A stretch of DNA of 64,000 nucleotides from Oopsacas minuta (taxonomy: Eukaryota; Animalia; Porifera). The stretch is taken from assembly GCA_024704765.1 (NCBI GenBank), contig JAKMXF010000353.1, positions 68,925-132,924 on the forward strand, given 5' to 3'. Both the position numbers and the translations under genes were made by a program. The notes beneath the pieces were generated by a model. It had not been told where the DNA came from, did no database searches, and was given only the letters and a program-made list of their open reading frames with translations. This document shows, one piece after another, positions 10,748-21,700 of the stretch; position 1 is the first letter of the stretch; every line of letters starts with the position of its first letter.

Positions 10748-12985
10748 CTAATTTTCACTGTCCTGTCTTTGTTCCTCGGATAACCGTGCTTCCAATGCTG
10801 CCATGTCTTTCATTAGCGTTTCCAGATTCTCTTTCAAATGAATATTTTTCGTCATCTCTTCCTCAAGGGCCCTTTGAACTTTACGGAACGATTCGTCTTT
10901 GTACTCGTCGTCTTCGGGTATTACGAAATTCAAAAGTTTTCTAGAGACAGATTTATTAGGAGTTGGGCTAGTAACCTTAGGATTTAAATCTGCTTTATGA
11001 CTGACAACATATGTCTTAATTATGGATTCCTTTCGTAGCAAATCGTTATTAAGGGCGGAATTTGAATCTTCTAAGTGGCTGCATTTTTCTTCAAGAATCC
11101 ATTTCTGTTGCTGAATGGTTGTAAGTCTATCGATCAAATCCTTGGTCTCTTCTTGTATAGGAGTCTCATTGAGGGTCAAATTGGAGCTGGATTTATTCCA
11201 GGACAGAGCGCTGTCACAATTCCGTCCAATCGACACGGACTCTTGCTCGTCGCCCATACTCTCTGTAAAACTTGTCTGTCTTAGCTCGCTCATTTGTTCT
11301 TGGAATTTCTGGCAACGTTTTTGTTCATGTAAAAGTTGCTTTTTGAGTTCTTTTATCATTAAAAGATTTCTCTTTTCTCCGATTCTGAAACTTAACTTCA
11401 GTTCTTCTTTCTCCTGACCGAATTTAAGAATGAATCTTTCCTTCTCATCTACAGTTTGTGACAATTCTGACACTTCTTCATTCAGAACTCCAACCTCCGA
11501 TTCATGAATCGCCCTTACTTCTTTAATTTCTTTCTCTAAAACACTTTTCGTTTCTGAGATGCCATTTTCAAGGGAAGCGATTTTACTCTCCAATTCCTCT
11601 CTCTGAATTTCGAGTTTTTTGACAGTTCTCTCTTGGTTCAGACGAACCTCAAGTTGTTCCTTAAGGTCCCGGATTTGTGTTTCCAGTCGAACTCTTTCAT
11701 CTTGGTATTCAGCAATCATAATCTCATTGGATCGATTTTTCTCATTCAATTTCCCGAATAAGTCCTCAATTCTAATCTGGTTTTCAATGGATTGTTCGTC
11801 TAACATTGCCTTACGACTGTCAGCGAGTTTTTGAGCTTGCCCGTAATCACACTGCAATCTATGTAGGTCGCTATTTGCCTTAGAAATTTCATCTTGTAAC
11901 ACACCCACCTTATCAATATTACTTTTCAACTCGTCTTGGAGGGTTTGATTCTCTTCGCCTCGTTGGCTGAGGCTTTGACGTAATTTTTCAGTGTGTTCGA
12001 TTGCTGATTTCAGTTTTTCATCTATCGTGTTTTTCTCGGTATTCAACGCGGCGATCGTTTCTGTCTCTTTTTTGGAATCTCTTCGAAATTTTTGACGTTC
12101 GCTTTTTAGAGTTTCAAATTCTTTGACAGTTTCTGGGTCGACTAGCGCAACTTTTGAGCGCATTTTTTCTAATTCCTGTTCTAATGCAATTACTTTGCCG
12201 CTTGAATTTAGTGTAATTAGTTCTTGTTTCAAATCTGATTCGGTCAATTTTTCGCGGGAAATATTCAATTCTTTTTTCAGATTCTGAGTTTCAGTTTGAG
12301 AATTTTCTAGTTTCAGTTTCAGTTCATATTGAACTAATTCTTTCTCATTTTGCAGAGCTATAATTAGTTCTTGTTTATGTTCAGTTTTTAACTCCAATTG
12401 TTTGACTTGTCCCTGCAATTCCGATACTAAATCGTCATATTTTTGTTTACTTTCAGTCAGCTGTTTAGTCAACACCCTATTCTCTTCAGTTTGTGTTGCG
12501 ACTTTTAATTCCAATTCAGTGTTCCCTGTTGCTTCGGAATCGCCATCCTTTTGAAATGAACTTTTTAAGACCGCATTTTCCGCTCTCAAATGCAATAATT
12601 CTTCCTCCAAAACTTTGAATTCCTCGACAGTACCTCGACCGTCTTTGGAAAGGCTCTTTTTCAATTTATCATTCTCCTCCATGGCATTGGCGAGCTCGTT
12701 CAGAAGGGTTTGATTCTGTTGTGTCGCGTTTTGTTCGAATTCTGTCACAGTAGCATGCATTCTATCGTAATCATCTTGTAACACCTGAACATCTTTAGCT
12801 TTCTTACTCCTACTGATCGCCCGATTAGCTCTCTCACACTCCCTGTCAAGCTGAGAAGTCTTTTCCTTCAACCCTTTGTTCTCTTCAGTTATTCGTACTA
12901 TCTTATCTCTTAAATCATAGTTCTCAGTCCGTAGCTGTAACAGGTTCCCCTGCATACGCATCAATTCTTCTTCCTTCACTTCCAT
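10748..12985 (-). CDS. GRIPAP1: GRIP1-associated protein 1 (GRASP-1) homologue, 745 aa, intronless
   Basis: N-terminus EEELMRMQGNLLQLRTENYDL...AISRSKKAKDV and C-terminus RKVQRALEEEMTKNIHLKENLETL match the conserved GRIPAP1 termini; long coiled coil between. Confidence 0.85.
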   Translation of the reverse strand: MEVKEEELMRMQGNLLQLRTENYDLRDKIVRITEENKGLKEKTSQLDRECERANRAISRSKKAKDVQVLQDDYDRMHATVTEFEQNATQQNQTLLNELANAMEENDKLKKSLSKDGRGTVEEFKVLEEELLHLRAENAVLKSSFQKDGDSEATGNTELELKVATQTEENRVLTKQLTESKQKYDDLVSELQGQVKQLELKTEHKQELIIALQNEKELVQYELKLKLENSQTETQNLKKELNISREKLTESDLKQELITLNSSGKVIALEQELEKMRSKVALVDPETVKEFETLKSERQKFRRDSKKETETIAALNTEKNTIDEKLKSAIEHTEKLRQSLSQRGEENQTLQDELKSNIDKVGVLQDEISKANSDLHRLQCDYGQAQKLADSRKAMLDEQSIENQIRIEDLFGKLNEKNRSNEIMIAEYQDERVRLETQIRDLKEQLEVRLNQERTVKKLEIQREELESKIASLENGISETKSVLEKEIKEVRAIHESEVGVLNEEVSELSQTVDEKERFILKFGQEKEELKLSFRIGEKRNLLMIKELKKQLLHEQKRCQKFQEQMSELRQTSFTESMGDEQESVSIGRNCDSALSWNKSSSNLTLNETPIQEETKDLIDRLTTIQQQKWILEEKCSHLEDSNSALNNDLLRKESIIKTYVVSHKADLNPKVTSPTPNKSVSRKLLNFVIPEDDEYKDESFRKVQRALEEEMTKNIHLKENLETLMKDMAALEARLSEEQRQDSEN

Positions 12986-13279
12986 TATACATACGCTAAA
13001 AATAGTACGTACTTGTATCTTAGTGTGTATGTCTTATACAAATAGTCAGCTATTTGGCTGGACTCCTACATTGGACTCCGCCATAATACAAAGTATAGGT
13101 ATGGTATGCATGACGTAATCCTTGACACTCTGACTCGTAAGCTTCGATACGCAAATGCAAATTTGTCCAAGGTTGCTATTCATGAATAATGTCTAATGAA
13201 TGAAAACTAAAATTAACTTTGAATGAGTAGTACGTATTATCAGAGGTCTACCTTACACGAGAAGATATTATGGAGAGAG

Positions 13280-13845
13280 TATAATATCCACCAAGCGAAG
13301 TTGCAGATATACAATTATATTATATAGCTAGAAGCGAAGTGTTGTACACACCGCGAACACTTGTTGTCCGCTAAATGCACCCATGGAACCTCATGTATAC
13401 CTTTAGTAGAACATTGATATCCCCAAAAGGTTATGCAACCACTGGGAAATGTTCAAAAAGACATAATTGCCTACAATTCTACTGCCGACAAATAGATATG
13501 TTGTCTCAATGCAAACCAATAAACCACAGTGTGTTACGCAATAGGAACAGTGCTGTTCGGATTAGCGAGGTGTAATATGTTATGTTAATAATATGAGGTG
13601 TGGGACGTGATAAATCTAGGAAAATTATCTAACAAATTTTCTCTGAGAAAAGGTGACAAGTGTGTCCATGTATCGGGAAACAAAATTATATTAACTGAGT
13701 GTGTGCCTTGTCCGAAGTACAAAGGCCAGATCTAACTGGAGAATGTATAATAAAACAAGAAGCGAAGTTAAGATATACGAGATGTTATTATAGCTACAAG
13801 CGAACACCTCTTGTCCGTAGGAAGCGCCCTTCGGAAACCTCATGA
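13280..13845 (+). repeat. Local direct duplicate (~110 bp at 13280-13395 and 13755-13845)
   Basis: Both copies carry AAGCGAAG...GCGAACAC...TTGTCCG...G(G/A)AACCTCATG. Confidence 0.55.
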
Positions 13846-13964
13846 ATAACAATAAAAATAGATAACAAGATATATGTATATCGGTAGCTTAGCCTGTACT
13901 TAATCTGCTCTGCTTGACAACCATTGAATACAATTGATATTTAGGAAAGCTTTAATAGATTTAA

Positions 13965-15179
13965 TTAACAGAAAATGTGTAATCTAAATTTAGTATAAGA
14001 AGAAGTACAAATAATTTTGTTATCATTAGTGACTACAATACTCCAAGGTGTGATTCTCTTGTCCTCTTCCTGAGTATCTCCCAGTGTGTGTAACAGAGAT
14101 CCTTCCTGAGAGAATACTTTTATGTTTGCAGCATAACAGTCACCCATGATAATATTCTGTTTCTTATCGAAACAGAATGAATAGCAACCTCTAACTTGTT
14201 CATTACCCTGTTTACCCCATGAAATAAATGATCGGAGCTTTTCACCAGTACTATTGAATACATGTAGACACGGATTGTCTGTAAAGCTCAGAACGTAAAC
14301 CTTATTGTCAAGGAATTTTAGGGCAGATGGTTCCGTCATTGTGCTGTGTGTAATGTATTGTTTGTGTTTCAGTTGAGGTGTCATAACAACAACTCTGTTG
14401 TTATAAGTATCTGTAATAAATACATCCTTGTTAGGAGCAATGGTGATGCTATTAGGATAATCGAACTCTCTTTTACCAGATCCTGTCTCTCCTACTTTAG
14501 TTATTAGATTGAAATTGGGTAATTTATACCGGAATATGCAATGTTGCCATGTGTCAGTGATATAAACATCCTCACCACTTATTGCTATACCTGATGGTGC
14601 ATGAACCTGTCCCTCACAGAATCTATTAATGAATTCTCCTCTGATAGAGAATACACAGATACTACCATAACCACCTGCTACGTAGATACGCTGAGATGTT
14701 TCATCATAAGCTATACCTCTAGCAATCAATCTCTCCCCTACTGATATTGAAGGCTGTAGGAGTGCGGGGTAGTTAGGAGTTGAAATGATTTCCCTCTCTA
14801 CCAGTTGTCCTAACACAGAGATAGCTTCCTCCAGCTTTTGAGCGTTACAGTCAAACAGCACTTCTGTTTCCTTCACCTTAACCTCCAGTTGCTTAATCTT
14901 TGTCTCGATGTCCTTCATTATGTTTTCTCTCGTGGAGTGTAGCAGGTTCTGCTTCATCCCTGCTTGGAGATTAGTTTTAGCGTTGGACAGCTCTTCTAGA
15001 CTATTAATGCGAACTGTTTCTGCAGCTTGTCTGTCCTTCTGTTTCTGTCTGAACTCGTTGATGAGCTGTACTCGTCTATCGTTGAGACAAAGTACCAGAC
15101 GGTCGAATGTGTTGTTAATACTTGCCTCTGTCGGGTCCATGACGAGAGGAGCTTCTAATTCTGGATATCTTGCAGCCAT
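13965..15179 (-). CDS. Coiled-coil plus NHL-repeat beta-propeller protein (TRIM-NHL-like, no RING/B-box)
   Basis: Coiled coil followed by repeats such as PSGIAISGEDVYITD, FDYPNSITIAPNKDVFITD, PWSIVVTNDNKII; single exon; ATG at 15179. Confidence 0.85.
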   Translation of the reverse strand: MAARYPELEAPLVMDPTEASINNTFDRLVLCLNDRRVQLINEFRQKQKDRQAAETVRINSLEELSNAKTNLQAGMKQNLLHSTRENIMKDIETKIKQLEVKVKETEVLFDCNAQKLEEAISVLGQLVEREIISTPNYPALLQPSISVGERLIARGIAYDETSQRIYVAGGYGSICVFSIRGEFINRFCEGQVHAPSGIAISGEDVYITDTWQHCIFRYKLPNFNLITKVGETGSGKREFDYPNSITIAPNKDVFITDTYNNRVVVMTPQLKHKQYITHSTMTEPSALKFLDNKVYVLSFTDNPCLHVFNSTGEKLRSFISWGKQGNEQVRGCYSFCFDKKQNIIMGDCYAANIKVFSQEGSLLHTLGDTQEEDKRITPWSIVVTNDNKIICTSSYTKFRLHIFC

Positions 15180-15632
15180 TTGTGTAGAATTGGTTGAGTA
15201 GATAAATCGCATTACTTATAGAAGAGATAGTAACCCGTACAGCTGGTAGAGTCTCGTGTGTAATAGATACAGATTAATTGTATTTGTGTCTGTAAGCAGA
15301 TTTATGAAGTTCTCTCACGGGATTGAAAGTTATTACTTGTATTCTGTAATAGTTTATTCGTTCAGACAGATTATTATAACCTTTTAACCTCATGCTATTA
15401 ATCTTCTAAGAAATTAATAATTCTTACAACATCTGTGTACTCAGAGGGTATCACCTTTACTTCGAAATATTCTTCAATTAGTTAAGAATTTTGTATTAAT
15501 AATTGGAGTTATTGCAACTTATCAAACTTCTTTTACGAATTCGGAGATTGAAATATCCGAAAATTTGTAAAAGTTGATAAGTTTGTTTACACATAAAAAC
15601 CATCAATAACAACAAAATGACAGAAGAAGTAC

Positions 15633-15665
<33 letters not shown>

Positions 15666-15770
15666 CTAAACGAATAAAAATATAGATATACAGAATGAAG
15701 GGAGATTATCTAAGAATTATCAGAACTAAAGATTAGGTCTCTACTAATGCTATATACTATATGGAATATA

Positions 15771-18700
15771 TTAGTATTGAGGGTTTATGTCTCTACGGTA
15801 ATGTTTTATATTCTGGAGAGCGCTCCTAGCGGCCTCCAACTCGCGTTCTTTTTTCGCGATTTCTGACATCATCTCGAGTTCCTTTTTGAACGCGTCACGA
15901 TCGCCACTCGGGTTGTTCGGGTCCCCAATTGTCTCCATCGTCACTTTCGCCTCTAGGGCCGCGTCGACAAGCGTATCGGTTGCTTTTTTAACTTCTAATC
16001 CTGCGCGTCGTAGCCGTAAATTCTTCTCGGAGTTCGGATCGGCTTTCACTCGACAGGCCATCAATAACTGTGCTGTATGTTTCGCAATTGCCTTGGCAGA
16101 AGCTACTAGCCTATCTTGACTTTCTGGCACTGTACTTGTAACACACGCATTGGCTGCTTCACAAAGCTCCGAGGTCGAACGAGCGACCTGTTTGGCAGCA
16201 CCCACGAGGCCCTCTGACCAAATACTATTCTCATCTACTACACCCGATTTCATCCGTCCTTGTTTAACTAACTCATGCTGTGCGTCCGTGGCTGCTTGCA
16301 CGAGCGCACGTGTAGCACGAGCTATCGCCTTCGCAGCGTGTAAGATCGCCTCCTCAAACTTCATCTCGCCACTCAACTCTGGGAGATCACGAGAAATTGG
16401 TCGAGCTTCTGCCAATTTTTTAGCTGCCATATCAATAGCAGCAGCAGCTAACAGCAGCTCTCTCTCCGCCATAACAGCTGGATTGTCTGGGTGCGCGTAT
16501 CCAAGATGTTCCTTGATGGCCTCTGCTACCTACACGGGGTGTTAATCAATTCCCTAGTTACTAGATAGGCATAAGGAATGCATACCTGTACTATTTCGGC
16601 AATACTATGCGCTACGTCATGTGATAAATTCCTCAATTGGGCCTGACTATCTTTCCTTCCAGTCCCACTCTTTACAAACTCTAGAAGAGCTGTATAATGA
16701 ATTGCAGCCTCTCTGCCACTAGTTTGACACCTTGCCCTCAGTTCTGGGTTATCAACACCATGAGCTACTGATTTTACAATTGGTAATAAGCTTGTAACTG
16801 CATTCCTTCCGTCATTAGCTGCTGCTGTCAATTCTTCTTGCTTCTGAGATCCTTGAAATATATGTGAGTTCATCTTATGTTTTTGTTTGTTTGTTTGTTT
16901 GTTTACTTGTTTTTTTGATTGTTTGGTTGATTGTGTGTTTGTTTACTTGCTTGTTTGTTTGTATGCATGTATATTTGTTTGTATGTTTGTTAGTTTATTT
17001 GTTTTCCTGTTAATCATTTTGTTTGTTTACATGTTTACTAACCTGGTAATACAGCTCTAGCAGTTCTAGCAGTAGCCTTAGTAAGCTCTTTAGAACAATT
17101 CAACATTTCCTCAGGTGATCCTCTCTTAGTTGGCTGTGCTTTGGATTCATATTCCCCTAGAGATTGGGCAATAGCCTCAATAGCTGTCTCTAATGCTCTC
17201 TGACTTCGTCCTGCTTCGTCTTCTACGCTAGTTATAGTCTTCATTAGTGAGGTTACACTAGTTACCATACTCTTAGCTGCATCCTAATACAGATAAAGTA
17301 TAACAGAATGGGTAGAGGGTCTTTTAAGAGAAATTGTGAGTTACATTTCCGACGCTCAATCAATGATAAATCATACAAAACAATCTGAAAGTGGGGGCAA
17401 CTACATCGTAAGGTTCCTTCAGCAACTTCCGGTTGCCTGTGTGCCCCAAATTATCCAGCTGATGGCAAAAGGTGTCAGGTGGATATTAGAACACAAATTG
17501 GTATTTATCCAAGAACAAATTCGAATACATTAAATTTACCTTTAACTTCAACATCTGTGCATCTGTCCTACTCTTCCCGCTAGCATTTTTCGTAGCCTCT
17601 AGTAAAGTTCCCATAGCTATAGCTACATCCTTAACCGCGTTCAGTAGAAGGATCTGGGCTTCTGGATCGTCTTCTGTCAAAGCCGAAGCGGCTAGCTTGG
17701 AATAGTCCGCGAGTTGTTGGACGTGTGTCTCACATTTGAGGGCAGTTTTTGATAGCTCATCCTAGAGAGTTATGGGAAAATGTATGAAATTCTCACCTAA
17801 ATTCATACCCAGTAGACAACGCTTAATAGAGCGACCGGTTAATCGGGTCACTTGTCCAGAAATCGGATCAAATTGGCCTGGTCCCAATGTGACCATAGTC
17901 AGCAGAGTCTACTGTGCTACAAAATGTCGATTGAACTGAAGTCATATTTGTTGCGAAAAGTTATGCTAGAATTACGTAATTAGGATAATAACAGTCAAAT
18001 ATTTTCAAAGAAAATAAAATAACATTAAGTAACTATCAAAACAACAATAACAACAAATTTTACGAAACCCCAAGAAAAATATTATCTGTTTATCCTTTCC
18101 AGAACTGAAACTATGGACTTCACATATTATCGGGGTTTCGTATACAAATAATAGGTGTGAAAATGTGTAAACAAAAGTGTGAACTATGCAACAAACCTGT
18201 GTAGCCTGTACAGATGAAACGAGTCGCTTCGTTTCTTCCACCAACTTCTGACAACTCCCTAAAAGTCCTTCTTTATGCTTACCGAAAGACTCTTTGCTTT
18301 CGGGATTCAGTGTCTTCGCATTAGCGAACATAACAGTAGTCTCAAGATCTCCAACTACTCCTTGGATTACTGATATAGCATTGATACAGGCCTGTGTTCC
18401 TTTGGAGCCTGCTTGGAGTGCTGTCATTACCAAGTTTACCTGGAGATATGTTGGTGTGTATTATTTCATACTTTGTATAACGACACACCAGTGCGTGTTA
18501 GAAGGTCAAGTTGTTTGTTAGTTTGTTTATTAGTTGTTTACTAACCTTCTCAATAACTCCCCTCACACTATTAGTATGAGATTTCCTAGCTTGAGGGTCG
18601 TTAGGCAGATTAGAATAGATACTGGCGTGCTTAACAAAGTCTATACATTCACTACCCAGCTTAGCTACTGATCGTTTAATGCGTAGAGATACTTCTTCTG

Positions 18701-21700
18701 TTTCTGCTAGCTTGACTGCTTTGCGAGCATTGTTAGACATGTTCGTGTACGTCTCTGATAATTGGGTTACAATCTTGATCATCTCACCCTGATCCCCACC
18801 TGTCTTCCCTACAATAGAATACATATGGTATGTGAAAATGGTTCAGAACGTGTAACTAACACAAACGGCGTGCTAATGCTACACAGTTTCTGCCAAATCC
18901 CCAGTTTGTGAAGGTTAAACTGGACAATAAAATATATTTTCTCAAAATATATGAAAAAGTGTTAAAGCAAAGTTTGGACATTACCTAAACTCTCTTGTGC
19001 CAGCTTAGCAACCACTTTGGCACCTTGGAATATACCATCTTGACACTTAATATAATCTTCATCCTCCAATTCTCCTGGTATAGCCTCGTCCAATTTTTCT
19101 ACTGCTTTGAACATGTTTTCAGAAGCGTTGTAATATGGATCAGATGGTCTTTGTATTGTGAGTGTTAATTCGGTTATAGCTTGTGACATCGAGTCAGCTG
19201 ACTGATCTAGCTCCGCGCATGTGTCTTTGGCTGATTTGTTACCCCCAGATTCTTTGGCAGCCATTACTAGTTGCAGTGCGGCCTCTGTTAGAGTTTTTGA
19301 TTGTTCAAGGATCGATTGTTGGTCTGTTGATGAACTGACACGCGATGCCATACCGATTGAAAAGTTCGCGAAACTTGTAAAATGACTTGTCTAAAAGGTG
19401 TGACAATTATGAATATATGGACAGGAGCGGTTCAAGGATCAGGCAGACCCGTGGAACCCAAATGTGACACCTTTATAGCACGATAGATTCCACTTAATTG
19501 CCACAAAACGATCCGAAAAGTGTCCCCGGTCCACTAAAAATGGTTCAATAACCAACTTACAAGATTTGTAACTGAGTGTCCAAGGTTCTCGGCTTCTCCT
19601 TTAGCAGCTACTGTGACAGGGAGAATTAGCTCAGAGATCTGTTCGATAGTGTTCAACAGCTGATCTCTGAATCCAGCGAGAGAATGCTCCTGTCTAGGAG
19701 GCAGGTTTTGCTGCATACCCTCCAATGTGGCTCGATCTATGTCCCCAATGGTTCTATTCAAAATCCCTAAATGGTAAAGAGAGATTTATGAAATGTGTTT
19801 GTTAAAACCCTCCAATCTGATTGGTTTAACTTTAAAAATACTACAAGTATTTCCTGTCAATAGGCGCAATAGATTTCTCAGGACATCGAATAACCCGATT
19901 AGAATCTTAATTCTCCAAGAATGGTCGAATAGTTTTGGTGCATACCTGAAGCTTTTTGACATTCCTTTTGACCAGGTGAGTTGTTACGAATAGCATTAAC
20001 AAGATTCCTAATAGAATCTGTCAGAGATTTAGAATGTTGAGCTAATAACTGCCACAAATTCTGATCATCTGGATGTAACACCAATGTTTTAGAGGTTCCA
20101 ATTAAGCTTGTGGAATTAGAAACCATATTCCGACCTGACAAGAGAATTGGTACCATGGCGTCATGAGCCTAATTAGAGGAGTAAACATAAATATTTTCGT
20201 AAGACACCAGGGGTGGTCACATGGGAACCACGACCACCCTTTCGACAGTGAGTAACGAGTGAAGACCCCTCATGATTAATTCGTGTTCGCTTTCAGAGCC
20301 ATTTGACAGATTCAGGACTATATATCCATATTTGCGAAGAATAACTCCCACTGGGGAAATATTCGAGTGAATACGGTACAAACCTGTGGACTGATTCTTG
20401 CAGGGACACTAGCAAACTCCACTGAAGATGCAAAGGTAGTAAGAGCCTCTACAGCCTCAAGAAGAGGCTTAGTACTCTCGGAACATGCTTCTCTTTTTTC
20501 TGGAGTTAAGTTAGAGCTTAACTCTTTGATCTTCTTAACAAGATTACCAGTTGAGTTAGCGACCTATATGCACAGTATAAATGTACGAACAGGCGGAATA
20601 GTTTTTGCGTCAAATCGCACGAGAAAATGTATAGATAAATATATAAGATGTAATTACAGTTAGCTCCCGTTATATCGAAGCTTAAGGCGCTGCGATAATT
20701 ATTACTTACATCTTTAGCACTATTCATAAAGTGTTTCTTTGCAACAGGATTGATAGTTTTACTTGAAGCACTCTTACAAACTGTACACAGATGACTTGTG
20801 TGTTTAGCTATAGTAGTGGCACTAGCAAGGACCTGTTGCTGGCTACAGGCCGGGTTAAGAAGCGTCTGACACGCGAGGGAGATTGAGTGCTGTGCCCTGG
20901 CGAACTGTCCTTGGTCCACGAGCCCTGGGATTGCAAGATCGGATCGCGGATCGGATACACCGACGAGATAAGCCGCGTGTCCGGAGAATTCAGTTATAGT
21001 TATCACGCTAGAGGATAAGTTCCTAATGCTCTCACAGAATTTATCATGATTCCCTTCTCTAGTACTTGTTGATATACCAGTAACGGATTCGTTTAGAATA
21101 TTACTCTTGTCTATTACTGTCTCAAGACAATCGAAAAAGCTGGCCTCATTAACAGGTTCCTAATGAATACATACATTAAGAAATATCTCAAAATACAGCA
21201 TATGCTGACATTATTAGGGTAAATACAGTTAGTGGTGATGCGAGGGGGGAAATTCCTGAGACCGCTCCTGAAAACAGAGAGGACATTACAATGCAAATAC
21301 AAATCCATACACCCTACCAGAACCAATTGAATGTACATATGCTTAATTGCCAAAAACCTACGATCTTATTATCCTAAAATGAAAGGCGTGAAAATATACA
21401 CATGAGAAAAATTTTAAATGTCAGGTGTACACTAGAGGTCAATACGTGTGCACATGCCAAATTTAGTGTCTTAATCTCTAAAGGTGGGAACAGAAGATAG
21501 TACTATACTCAGAACAGTAAACATTGTCCTAGCCTGAGTATTTGACACCTTTCAATATCCCCAGGGGAGTGTTCAGAGGTCAAATCCATCCCAGGAAGGA
21601 AAGTACCTGTACCATAAACCCCTGTAATTCCTACCCCTTCCTCTTGGAAGGTGTTATGTGACAATTACAAGGTGTTACCGACACCAATACACACCTTAGG

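Noticed and set aside
8913-16545. Short ORFs opposite real genes (8913-9263, 11115-11417, 14908-15201, 16150-16545 and similar)
   Set aside because: Antisense or alternate-frame shadows of coiled-coil and helical CDS; no motifs.
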